Positions 1 through 6,754 of a stretch of DNA of 35,777 nucleotides are shown here, in pieces (position 1 is the first letter of the stretch; each line of letters opens with the position of its first letter). Source of the stretch: a virus. The stretch lies in IMG/VR virus record IMGVR_UViG_3300029707_000012. The stretch is one strand, 5' to 3'. The position numbers and the translations under genes are program-made. The notes beneath the pieces were generated by a model, which ran no database searches, had not been told where the DNA came from, and saw only the letters and a list, made by a program, of their open reading frames with translations.

Positions 1-99
1 GCCACCGGATGGACTGGGACGGAAATACCCTGACGCACACCTTCCGCGTCATCAAAGGCACCGACCGCACGGCCGGCATTCACCGCGTCGCATTTGTTG
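1..99. repeat. Terminal overlap, copy 1 (identical to 35679-35777)
   Basis: Base-by-base comparison: gccaccggatggactgggacgg...gcgtcgcatttgttg occurs at both ends. The match is exact for 99 nt and stops at the window edge. Confidence 0.97.
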
Positions 100-569
100 A
101 AGAGCAGGGGACATGTTCCGACCTTGTCATCAGTAAAGACGTGAGCACGTTTAAAAATGTCGCTTATGTGAAATACAAGCTGACCGACGAAACTGAGCCG
201 GTCGCGGTCGTTGGAAGCGCCTCTGGCGACGAGCGCTTCGAGCGTTGGTTCGACAGCTCAATCTCGCAGGAATCGGACGGCACCGCCGACGACGCTGCCA
301 AATCAGCAAAGTCTTTCGGCAATATGGAGCTTGGGAAGTATATCAAGCGATCCAGCTTTGACGTTGTCATCGACCCCTCCGAGCTCGGCATCCGCTATGA
401 CCTCGGCGACGTCGTGTTGTGCATTTCCGTCCGCTTCGGCGTGTCATTCGCCGCTCGCATCACGGGGTTAAAGTACACCCTCGACCGCACCGGCGAGAAA
501 ACGCAGATCATCCTCGGCGACCCAATCCTTGACGCATTAAGTGAGGAGAAACTAAATGGCAAATATTAA
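1..569 (+). CDS. Tail-tip/baseplate protein (Siphovirus Gp37-like), C-terminal part of the gene that starts at 35198
   Basis: The frame is open from base 1 (codons at 3, 6, 9...). Residues MDWDGNTLTHTFRVIKGTDRTAG are the same codons as 35687-35777. The gene lies directly after the distal tail protein, and the joined product is 349 aa. The family name is recalled from memory, not searched. Confidence 0.7.
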   Translation, partial: HRMDWDGNTLTHTFRVIKGTDRTAGIHRVAFVEEQGTCSDLVISKDVSTFKNVAYVKYKLTDETEPVAVVGSASGDERFERWFDSSISQESDGTADDAAKSAKSFGNMELGKYIKRSSFDVVIDPSELGIRYDLGDVVLCISVRFGVSFAARITGLKYTLDRTGEKTQIILGDPILDALSEEKLNGKY

Positions 570-1629
570 ATCTTTCCCGAACAACCGCGACGAATATGTC
601 GGCGCGGAATACGCCATGCGCTGGCTGCATGGCCGCACCTCCGGCGTGTTCGCCGCGAACAACAACGCCGCTGTTGCCGCCGTGCAGAACGCAATGGCGG
701 TCACGGTGTCAGACGGAATCGGCTGGATCTCCGATTCCGACGCAAACGGCGTTGTCTGGTGGAACGACGCCGAAAAAAACAACGGCGCAAAAATGCAGCT
801 CACAATTGACGCGGCGGACGGCGTTCTGAACCGTATTGACCGCGTGATCGTTGAGTGGAAAACCACCGACTACGCCGATCTACCGGAAATTAAAATCCTC
901 AAAGGCACACCGGCAAGCACGGCGGCCGCTCCTGCTCTCACAAACAACACCACGCAGCGGCAGTTGAGCCTCGCACAGATTCTCGTCGCCGCCGGTACGA
1001 CCTCCATCACCGCCTCCATGATTACAGACGAGAGGCAAAACCCGGACGTCTGCGGTCTTGTGACCGACACGTTGAGCATCGACACAAGCGTAATCAACGC
1101 GCAGTTCACGGAGCTGCTTGCGCAGCTTCGGGCGGCGATTGAACAGGCGAGCGGCGGCATTATCCCGGACAACACAGTAACGCTGGCGAAGTTGGCATCT
1201 GACGCAAAGTATTGGAATGAGCTTCCGCGAACAAACACAAGTTCCGACGCAACAAGCAATTATGTCGTTTCGAGCTGGGGACACGTTTTCAACTGGGTAT
1301 ACGGCAGCAATCAGTCTTTCATGTTCGATTTGAACGAGTTTAACCGTATTACGGATGACTTCTGGGAGACGGTCATCTTTGCCAACAATCCTTTTACGCT
1401 GATTTTGCAGAATATGCCCGCTGTGATTGAAAGCAATAAGGGAACATCATCCGCGGCGGCTGAAATCAGAATCACTGTTCCGCAAAACAAGTGGATCAAG
1501 CTGAAAAAGATTTCGAATGTTGCGCTCATTGTGACCGGCAACTATGACACACGCATGATCTATGCCGGAACGACGGAGCCGTCCGCCGAGCTCGGCGTGG
1601 ACGGCGATGAATATCTCATGTATTCCTAA
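556..1629 (+). CDS. Tail fibre / receptor-binding protein candidate (357 aa)
   Basis: A GAGGAG RBS lies 7 nt upstream of the ATG. The ORF overlaps the upstream tail gene by 14 nt and sits between the tail tip and the lysis cassette. No catalytic motif was recognised. Confidence 0.6.
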   Translation: MANIKSFPNNRDEYVGAEYAMRWLHGRTSGVFAANNNAAVAAVQNAMAVTVSDGIGWISDSDANGVVWWNDAEKNNGAKMQLTIDAADGVLNRIDRVIVEWKTTDYADLPEIKILKGTPASTAAAPALTNNTTQRQLSLAQILVAAGTTSITASMITDERQNPDVCGLVTDTLSIDTSVINAQFTELLAQLRAAIEQASGGIIPDNTVTLAKLASDAKYWNELPRTNTSSDATSNYVVSSWGHVFNWVYGSNQSFMFDLNEFNRITDDFWETVIFANNPFTLILQNMPAVIESNKGTSSAAAEIRITVPQNKWIKLKKISNVALIVTGNYDTRMIYAGTTEPSAELGVDGDEYLMYS

Positions 1630-1641
1630 GGGGTGAGCGAA

Positions 1642-2148
1642 ATGGCATGGAGCACAACGGCGCCGGAGCTCCCAAGCGGCAGCGCTTGGGAGCAGGAAAA
1701 AAGCATTTCTGGTGTAGCAAACCATTGGAGCCTTTCCGGAAAGCTGTACATTGCTCGCCTGAACGGCAGACAGTTCGCGGTTAAGGCAGAGCTGACGAGC
1801 GGCAACGGCAGCTACGGCACTTATTACCCGCCGGAGAAATGGAAGCTCCGGTGTGACATCGGCGGCGTTACCGGAACGGAGGACACGTCCTTTGGCGTAT
1901 CCAAGGGAACGACAACATTCTACTTCGTCGGTGAAGCCGGCGAGGGCGTCACAATCACCGCGAATGTCGGAGGCGTGGACGCCCCGGTCGCCGTTCAAAC
2001 CGCGACATTTACTGCCCCCGCGCTGCTCGGCTTGACAGTTTTTTTAAAGGTCGGCGGTGTATGGAGACCAGCGCAGGTCAAGGTCAAGATCGGCGGCGTC
2101 TGGAGGGACGCCGTGGCAAAAATCAAGGTCGGAGGGACATGGAAATGA
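1642..2148 (+). CDS. Fibre-associated protein with C-terminal 13-aa K(V/I)GG(V/T)W(R/K) repeats (168 aa)
   Basis: The ATG at 1642 is preferred over the GTG at 1633 because AAGGGG lies 8 nt upstream. The C-terminus contains three 39-nt repeats. The stop overlaps the endolysin start (ATGA). Confidence 0.6.
   Translation: MAWSTTAPELPSGSAWEQEKSISGVANHWSLSGKLYIARLNGRQFAVKAELTSGNGSYGTYYPPEKWKLRCDIGGVTGTEDTSFGVSKGTTTFYFVGEAGEGVTITANVGGVDAPVAVQTATFTAPALLGLTVFLKVGGVWRPAQVKVKIGGVWRDAVAKIKVGGTWK
2047..2144 (+). repeat. Three in-frame 39-nt period repeats (aaggtcggcggtgtatggag / aagatcggcggcgtctggag / aaggtcggagggacatggaa)
   Basis: Repeat cores sit at 2047, 2086 and 2125. They encode KVGGVWR / KIGGVWR / KVGGTWK. 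Confidence 0.85.
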
Positions 2149-2897
2149 ACGGTATCGACATTTCCCAGTGGCAGGGCGACATGGACCTGACGCCTTATAA
2201 AGATGGCTTTGTCATCATCCGCGGCGGGTTCTGGACGAGCACGGACCCGTGGGCGGAGCGGAACATCGCAAAGTGCGAGAAGCTCGGCATTCCGTGGGGG
2301 CTTTACTGGTATTCCTACGCGCTCAGCGAGGCGCAGGCACGGCAGGAGGCGGAGGCTTGTCTCGAGTTTCTTGCCGGACGGAAGCCCCGTCTCGGCGTGT
2401 GGTTCGATATGGAGGACGCGGACGGGTACAAGGCAAAGAACGGCTTCCCGGAGAATGAGACCATCAACGCGATGTGCAAAGCGTTCTGCGCGGCTATGGA
2501 AGACGCGGGGAACAGAACCGGCGTGTACGCCAGCTTAAGCTGGTTTGATACGCACATCGGCGAGACGGGGTATGATAAATGGATCGCCGCGTGGGGTGCG
2601 AACGACGGCATGCATTATCCCGACCTCTCTGGGAAATGCGTCATGCAGCAGTACCGGGGCAGCCCGCTGGATCTGGATATTTTGTATGTGCCGCTTTCGT
2701 ATTTTGACGATGGCGCGGCGGGCGGAGCAGAGCCCCGCCCCTACGAAAAGGACGGGAAATGCGTAAGCGTCTCGGCGATGGCGCAGGAGGTGCTTGACGG
2801 GAAGTGGGGCAACGGCGAGGAACGAAAGCGGAAGCTCGGCGCGTGGTTTTACGATCTCGTGCAGGGCGAAGTGAACCGTATCCTCGGAGTAAAGTAG
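2145..2897 (+). CDS. Endolysin: GH25 muramidase with one C-terminal CW_7 cell-wall-binding motif (250 aa)
   Basis: The product starts MNGIDISQWQG, the GH25 signature. The C-terminus AQEVLDGKWGNGEERKRKLG..YDLVQGEVNRILG matches the CW_7 repeat pattern. GGAGGG lies 8 nt upstream of ATG 2145. The 2061 start in the ORF track adds an Arg-rich, off-frame-looking extension. Confidence 0.9.
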   Translation: MNGIDISQWQGDMDLTPYKDGFVIIRGGFWTSTDPWAERNIAKCEKLGIPWGLYWYSYALSEAQARQEAEACLEFLAGRKPRLGVWFDMEDADGYKAKNGFPENETINAMCKAFCAAMEDAGNRTGVYASLSWFDTHIGETGYDKWIAAWGANDGMHYPDLSGKCVMQQYRGSPLDLDILYVPLSYFDDGAAGGAEPRPYEKDGKCVSVSAMAQEVLDGKWGNGEERKRKLGAWFYDLVQGEVNRILGVK

Positions 2898-2906
2898 GAG
2901 AAGAAA

Positions 2907-3293
2907 ATGGAAATCATAAAGGCAATTATCACCGCATGCGGCGGGGCTGCCGTTGCGGGCATCTTCTCGCTGATCCTCGCCAACCGTAAGAATAAAAGCG
3001 AGATCGTGAAGCGTTTGGACGCTCTCGACAGTAAGCTCGTAAAGCACATCGAGGACGACGCCGCGTGCCGAGCTGACGAGGCGCGAAGCCGCATCCTCCG
3101 CTTCGGTGATGAGGTGCGGCAGGGTGTTCTACACACCGCCGAGCATTGGGCGGACGTTCTTCGTGACGTTGACCGATACGAGGACTACTGCTCCGGTCAC
3201 CCGTTGTATGAGAACAACCGCGCTGCAAACACCATCCAGCATCTTAACTGCGTCTACGCCGGGCATCTCAAGAAAAACGATTTTTTGAAGTAA
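2907..3293 (+). CDS. Membrane-anchored protein in the lysis cassette (single N-terminal TM, 128 aa)
   Basis: An AGGAGA RBS is present. The N-terminus IITACGGAAVAGIFSLILA is hydrophobic and the C-terminal domain is soluble. The gene lies between the endolysin and the holin. Confidence 0.6.
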   Translation: MEIIKAIITACGGAAVAGIFSLILANRKNKSEIVKRLDALDSKLVKHIEDDAACRADEARSRILRFGDEVRQGVLHTAEHWADVLRDVDRYEDYCSGHPLYENNRAANTIQHLNCVYAGHLKKNDFLK

Positions 3294-3305
3294 GGAGAAT
3301 TTGCA

Positions 3306-3626
3306 ATGAACGAGATTATCACTACCTACGGCATGGAAATCATCAAGTACATCATCCTCGCCATCTGCGGAATTGCCGCGTCTTACGCCGCGAAGCAGTA
3401 CGAAAAGTACGTCAACACTGATACCAAGCGCAAGGTAGCGGCAACTACCGTTGCGTACATTGAACAGGTTTATAAGGATATCCACGGCAGCGAGAAACTG
3501 TCCCGCGCCATGGCTGTCGCTGCCTCCATACTCGAACAGAAGGGCATCAAAACCACGGAGGACGAGCTTAAGGTGTTGCTTGAGGCCGCCGTTAAGGAAA
3601 TGAACGATAAGTTCAAAGCCGCCTGA
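3306..3626 (+). CDS. Holin, LL-H-like (106 aa)
   Basis: An AAGGAG RBS is present. The protein has an N-terminal TM (IIKYIILAICGIAASYAA) and a long charged helical tail. Its size and layout match the LL-H holin family, and it lies next to the endolysin. Confidence 0.7.
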   Translation: MNEIITTYGMEIIKYIILAICGIAASYAAKQYEKYVNTDTKRKVAATTVAYIEQVYKDIHGSEKLSRAMAVAASILEQKGIKTTEDELKVLLEAAVKEMNDKFKAA

Positions 3627-3663
3627 CGGCAACAAAAACTTTGTAAACCGACACTGCGGAATC

Positions 3664-3816
3664 ATGAAAGAATCCGTAAAAACATTCTGCCGCATCAATG
3701 GCGTCGAGGCGTCTGAAAGCCTCGCAGAGACACTTTTTGAAGCATACATGGAGAGTGTAGCCAATGACGACAGAGAGCCTCCTACGGAGTTTAACAACGC
3801 CGGGGACAAAAAATAA
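3664..3816 (+). CDS. Possible small acidic protein (50 aa)
   Basis: An ATG-to-TAA ORF absent from the track because it is under 60 aa. It fills an otherwise empty 137-bp gap. The RBS is weak and the last 53 nt overlap the next gene in another frame. Confidence 0.3.
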   Translation: MKESVKTFCRINGVEASESLAETLFEAYMESVANDDREPPTEFNNAGDKK

Positions 3817-4027
3817 GCTGCAATTCCCGCGCGAGCTGCGCGAACAGTTTGAGCGGGACTGCGGCTTTACCGACGAGGAACTAAAAATCTTCCGCCTGCG
3901 GGCAAAGGGCATGAGTGTTTTGCAAATCTCCTTCGCCATGCAGACGGAAACGGAACTATACGGCACAGAGAAAGTCGAGCGCCGTATACGGGCGATAAAG
4001 GACAAGATCGCCGCTGCAATCGAATGA
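3764..4027 (+). CDS. Small HTH protein, sigma-70 region-4/LuxR-like (87 aa)
   Basis: GGAGAG lies 8 nt upstream. The motif TDEELKIFRLRAKGMSVLQISFAM resembles a region-4-type HTH. A terminator follows the gene. Confidence 0.55.
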   Translation: MTTESLLRSLTTPGTKNKLQFPRELREQFERDCGFTDEELKIFRLRAKGMSVLQISFAMQTETELYGTEKVERRIRAIKDKIAAAIE

Positions 4028-4047
4028 TGGGTTTTTGACGGATTATT

Positions 4048-4080
4048 GAGGGCTAACCGATGGGTTGGCCCTCTTTTTTT
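4048..4080 (+). terminator. Rho-independent terminator
   Basis: The hairpin is gagggc-t-aacc-gatg-ggtt-g-gccctc, followed by T7. Confidence 0.75.
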
Positions 4081-4112
4081 ATGCGAAAATTTTGGTAGTG
4101 GGAGGCGACCGT

Positions 4113-4481
4113 ATGCAATATTTCAACCCGAATCCGGCTGGCAAGGCCGTGGGCGATTGCGTGATCCGCGCGATTGCTAAGGCGACCGGCGACAGCTGGG
4201 GCAAGGTGTATATGGATCTGGCGGCGACTGGGCACGAGCTGTCCGACATGCCGTCAGCCAATGCGGTCTGGGGCGCGTATCTCCGCCGTCGTGGATTTGC
4301 GCGCTCCGCTCTCCCCGATTACGACGGTTATACCGTCCGGCAATTTGCCGCCGAGCACCCCCGCGGCTCCTACATCCTCGCCTTAAGCGGCCACGTCGTG
4401 GCGGTCGTGGACGGGGAGTATTTTGACGCGTGGGATTCCGGCAACGAAATACCGATCTACGTTTGGGAGGAAAAACGATGA
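4113..4481 (+). CDS. Small predicted papain-fold Cys-His-Asp protein (122 aa)
   Basis: A GGGAGG RBS precedes ATG 4113; the track start at 4065 lies inside the terminator. The ordered motifs GDCVIRA ... SGHVVAVVDG ... DAWDSG fit a thiol-hydrolase triad order. Confidence 0.5.
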   Translation: MQYFNPNPAGKAVGDCVIRAIAKATGDSWGKVYMDLAATGHELSDMPSANAVWGAYLRRRGFARSALPDYDGYTVRQFAAEHPRGSYILALSGHVVAVVDGEYFDAWDSGNEIPIYVWEEKR

Positions 4482-4858
4482 ACTATCCGCCGTATTACCA
4501 GCCGAACTATCAGCCCTACGCCCCGCCGATGATGGATCAGCTCGCGCAGCTCCGCGCGCAGCAGCCCGCCCCGAACCAGATGATCTGGGTGCAGGGCGAA
4601 GCCGCCGCCAAGTCCTACCTTGTCGCGGCGGGAAACACCGTCCCGCTGTGGGACAGCGAAAACATGTGCATCTATGTCAAGTCCGTTGACGCTTCGGGCG
4701 TCCCCTCCATGCGCATCCTCGACTACACCGAGCGCACCAAACCCGCACCGGCGCAGCAGACACCGGAATACGTCACCCGTGCGGAATTTGAAGCGTTCGC
4801 GGCGCAGTTCGCGCCGAAGAAAACCGCAAAGAAAGCGGAGGTGACCGAAAATGAGTAA
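4478..4858 (+). CDS. Hypothetical protein with a Pro/Gln/Tyr-rich N-terminus (126 aa)
   Basis: The start forms an ATGA overlap with the upstream stop, and a GGAGG RBS is present. The product reads MNYPPYYQPNYQPYAPP followed by a globular core (MIWVQGEAAAKSYLV...). Confidence 0.6.
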   Translation: MNYPPYYQPNYQPYAPPMMDQLAQLRAQQPAPNQMIWVQGEAAAKSYLVAAGNTVPLWDSENMCIYVKSVDASGVPSMRILDYTERTKPAPAQQTPEYVTRAEFEAFAAQFAPKKTAKKAEVTENE

Positions 4859-5057
4859 CCCCCTGTTTCAGGTATTCGGCGGCGGGCAGAACAACCAGTT
4901 CGCCCAGCTTGTCCAGCAGTTCCAGCAATTCCGAAACACCTTTCGCGGCGATCCGCAGCAGGAGGTGCAGAAGCTGTTGCAAAGCGGCAAAATCTCCCAG
5001 CAGCAGCTAAACCAACTGCAAAGTGCCGCACAGCAATTCCAGGCGCTCTTACGTTGA
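4851..5057 (+). CDS. Gln-rich small protein (68 aa)
   Basis: GGAGGTG lies 8 nt upstream, and the ORF overlaps the upstream gene by 8 nt. The sequence is Q-rich and helical (QLVQQFQQFRNTF...QQLNQLQSAAQQFQ). Confidence 0.6.
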   Translation: MSNPLFQVFGGGQNNQFAQLVQQFQQFRNTFRGDPQQEVQKLLQSGKISQQQLNQLQSAAQQFQALLR

Positions 5058-5059
5058 AT

Positions 5060-5087
5060 TTATCCGGCCGGATAAAAAATATTTTTT
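5060..5087 (+). terminator. Weak terminator-like palindrome
   Basis: ttatccgg/ccggataa is a perfect 16-bp palindrome, followed by aaaatatttttt. Confidence 0.35.
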
Positions 5088-5104
5088 GAAAGGAAAATTG
5101 AACA

Positions 5105-5806
5105 ATGTCTCTTACCGACGGTGGTATCCAGCCCACCATGCCCGTAACTCCTACCGGTGTGAATAACGGCGGCTGGGGCGGCTTCGGCGGCGACGGATGG
5201 TGGATCATCCTCTTCTTCATTGTCCTCTTCGGCTGGGGCGGCAACGGCTTCGGCGGTAGTCGTGGCGGTGTGACCGATGGTTACATCCTCACCTCCGACT
5301 TCGCCAACGTCGAGCGCAAGCTCGACGGCGTGAACAACGGCCTCTGCGATGGTTTCTTCGCGCAGGCGCAGCTCATCAACGGCGTGCAGCAGAACCTGAG
5401 CAACGGCTTTATGTCCGCCGAACTCTCCCGCGCGAACCAGCAGTCCGCCCTCATGGCGCAGCTCTTCCAGATGCAGATGCAGTCGCAGGAGTGCTGCTGC
5501 GAGAATCGCGCCGCCGTTGCGCAGGTGCGCTATGACATGGCAACGCAGGGCTGCGAAACCCGCAACACCGTGCAGAACGCCGCGCGCGACATCATCGACA
5601 ACGCCAACGGAAATAGCAAGGCCATCCTTGATTTCCTTGTGCAGAGCAAGATGCGCGATCTCGAAAGCGAGAACCAGTCCCTCAAGCTCGCAGCCTCCCA
5701 GGCGGCACAGAACAGCTACCTTGTCTCTGCCCTCCGTCCGTCGCCCATCCCGGCGTATCAGGTCGCAAATCCGTATTGCTGCAGCTACAACTGCGGCGTC
5801 GCCTAA
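5105..5806 (+). CDS. Membrane protein with a Gly/Trp-rich N-terminus, one TM and a Cys-rich coiled C-terminal domain (233 aa)
   Basis: A GAAAGGA RBS is present. The N-terminus reads NNGGWGGFGGDGWWIILFFIVLFGWGGNGFGGSRGG. The protein has 8 Cys, including ECCCEN and a terminal PYCCSYNCGVA. A strong terminator follows. Confidence 0.65.
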   Translation: MSLTDGGIQPTMPVTPTGVNNGGWGGFGGDGWWIILFFIVLFGWGGNGFGGSRGGVTDGYILTSDFANVERKLDGVNNGLCDGFFAQAQLINGVQQNLSNGFMSAELSRANQQSALMAQLFQMQMQSQECCCENRAAVAQVRYDMATQGCETRNTVQNAARDIIDNANGNSKAILDFLVQSKMRDLESENQSLKLAASQAAQNSYLVSALRPSPIPAYQVANPYCCSYNCGVA

Positions 5807-5868
5807 ACTCAATACCGAGAGCTTGCCCCCAGCGGCATGGTCGGCCTAATGCCGACGCTTAACACACG

Positions 5869-5900
5869 GCGGCGGGGCATTTTACCCCGCCGCATTTTTT
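5869..5900 (+). terminator. Rho-independent terminator
   Basis: A 9-bp GC stem (gcggcgggg-catttta-ccccgccgc) is followed by aTTTTTT. Confidence 0.85.
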
Positions 5901-5915
5901 GAAAGGAGAAACCCA

Positions 5916-6338
5916 ATGGCTGAATTTACTAACGCCACGACGGCGCTTGTCGCCGCCGGGCAGAACGTCCCCCTCACCGAAACAGCAGTTGCCGGGAATT
6001 GCGGTATCGTCCACCGCGAGGGCGCGGGAATCGTCACCCTCCGAGGGCTGACGAATCAGTGCCGCGCTCGGTACAAAGTGTCCTTCGGCGCAAACATCGC
6101 CATCCCCACCGGCGGAACGGTCGAAGCAATTTCCCTTGCTATCGCCGTTAACGGCGAGCCGCTTGTTAGCGCCACCGCCGTCGTCACCCCCGTAGCCGTC
6201 GGTGATTACGGAAATATCTTTGTTTCCGCGAACGTCGATGTTCCCCGCGGCTGCTGCCTGACTGTCGCGGCGGAGAACATCAGCGGACAGGCCATCAACG
6301 TTGCCAACGCCAACATGATCGTTGAGCGCGTGGCGTGA
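5916..6338 (+). CDS. Small beta-rich protein, C1q/TNF-like (BclA C-terminal-domain-like) candidate (140 aa)
   Basis: A GAAAGGAG RBS is present. The sequence alternates hydrophobic beta-strand patterns (IVTLRGL, YKVSFGANIAI, ISLAIAVNGEPL, IFVSANVDV, LTVAAENISG, NANMIVERV) in the way exosporium BclA-CTD-type jelly rolls do. This is a motif-level judgement only. Confidence 0.4.
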   Translation: MAEFTNATTALVAAGQNVPLTETAVAGNCGIVHREGAGIVTLRGLTNQCRARYKVSFGANIAIPTGGTVEAISLAIAVNGEPLVSATAVVTPVAVGDYGNIFVSANVDVPRGCCLTVAAENISGQAINVANANMIVERVA

Positions 6339-6351
6339 AAGGAGAAAAACC

Positions 6352-6753
6352 ATGAGTGAATATGCTATGAAGTCCATCCGTGAAAAGCTCTGCCGCGAGC
6401 TGGACGAAGTGGCCCGAAAGCCCGACCTCGGCGCGGGCGATCTCGATATCCTCCACAAAATCACCGATACTGTCAAGAACATTGACAAAATCGAAATGCT
6501 CGAAGACGGGGACTATTCCCGCGCCGGTGAGTGGGAGGCGGATATGCGCGGCACCTACGGACGCGGCAGCAGCTACGCCCGCCGCGGTACGCACTACGTC
6601 CGCGGACACTACAGCCGCGACGGCGAGGGCGACCGTTACAGCGAACGGTACAGCCGCGACGGTATGCGCGAGCATATCGAGGGCATGATGCGCGACGCGC
6701 AGGACGACCGCACCCGCGAGGCGCTGCGCCGCTGCCTCGACGATCTCGGCTGA
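6352..6753 (+). CDS. Hypothetical protein with an Arg/Tyr/Gly/Ser-rich low-complexity centre (133 aa)
   Basis: GAAAGGAG lies 6-7 nt upstream of ATG 6352. A helical N-terminus is followed by RGTYGRGSSYARRGTHYVRGHYSRDGEGDRYSERYSRDG. Confidence 0.6.
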   Translation: MSEYAMKSIREKLCRELDEVARKPDLGAGDLDILHKITDTVKNIDKIEMLEDGDYSRAGEWEADMRGTYGRGSSYARRGTHYVRGHYSRDGEGDRYSERYSRDGMREHIEGMMRDAQDDRTREALRRCLDDLG

Positions 6754-6754
6754 C

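Noticed and set aside
1-99. The terminal repeat considered as a biological direct terminal repeat or as att sites
   Set aside because: The repeat lies inside a tail gene ORF and ends exactly at the window boundaries. A serine integrase needs no long direct repeats. It is best explained as a circular assembly overlap.
2061-2144. The N-terminal extension of the endolysin in the ORF track (METSAGQGQDRRRLEGRRGKNQGRRDME)
   Set aside because: The extension overlaps the upstream gene's repeat region in another frame and is Arg/Gly-rich. ATG 2145 has a GGAGGG RBS and gives the canonical GH25 start MNGIDISQWQG.
3129-3809. A 226-aa minus-strand ORF across the lysis cassette
   Set aside because: It spans the TM-protein gene, the holin gene and intergenic DNA on the opposite strand. 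It has no start context. The plus-strand genes have RBSs and recognisable families.
5060-5812. A 250-aa minus-strand ORF
   Set aside because: It is antisense to the Gly/Trp/Cys-rich membrane protein gene and reads through two terminator hairpins. It has no RBS and shadow-frame composition.
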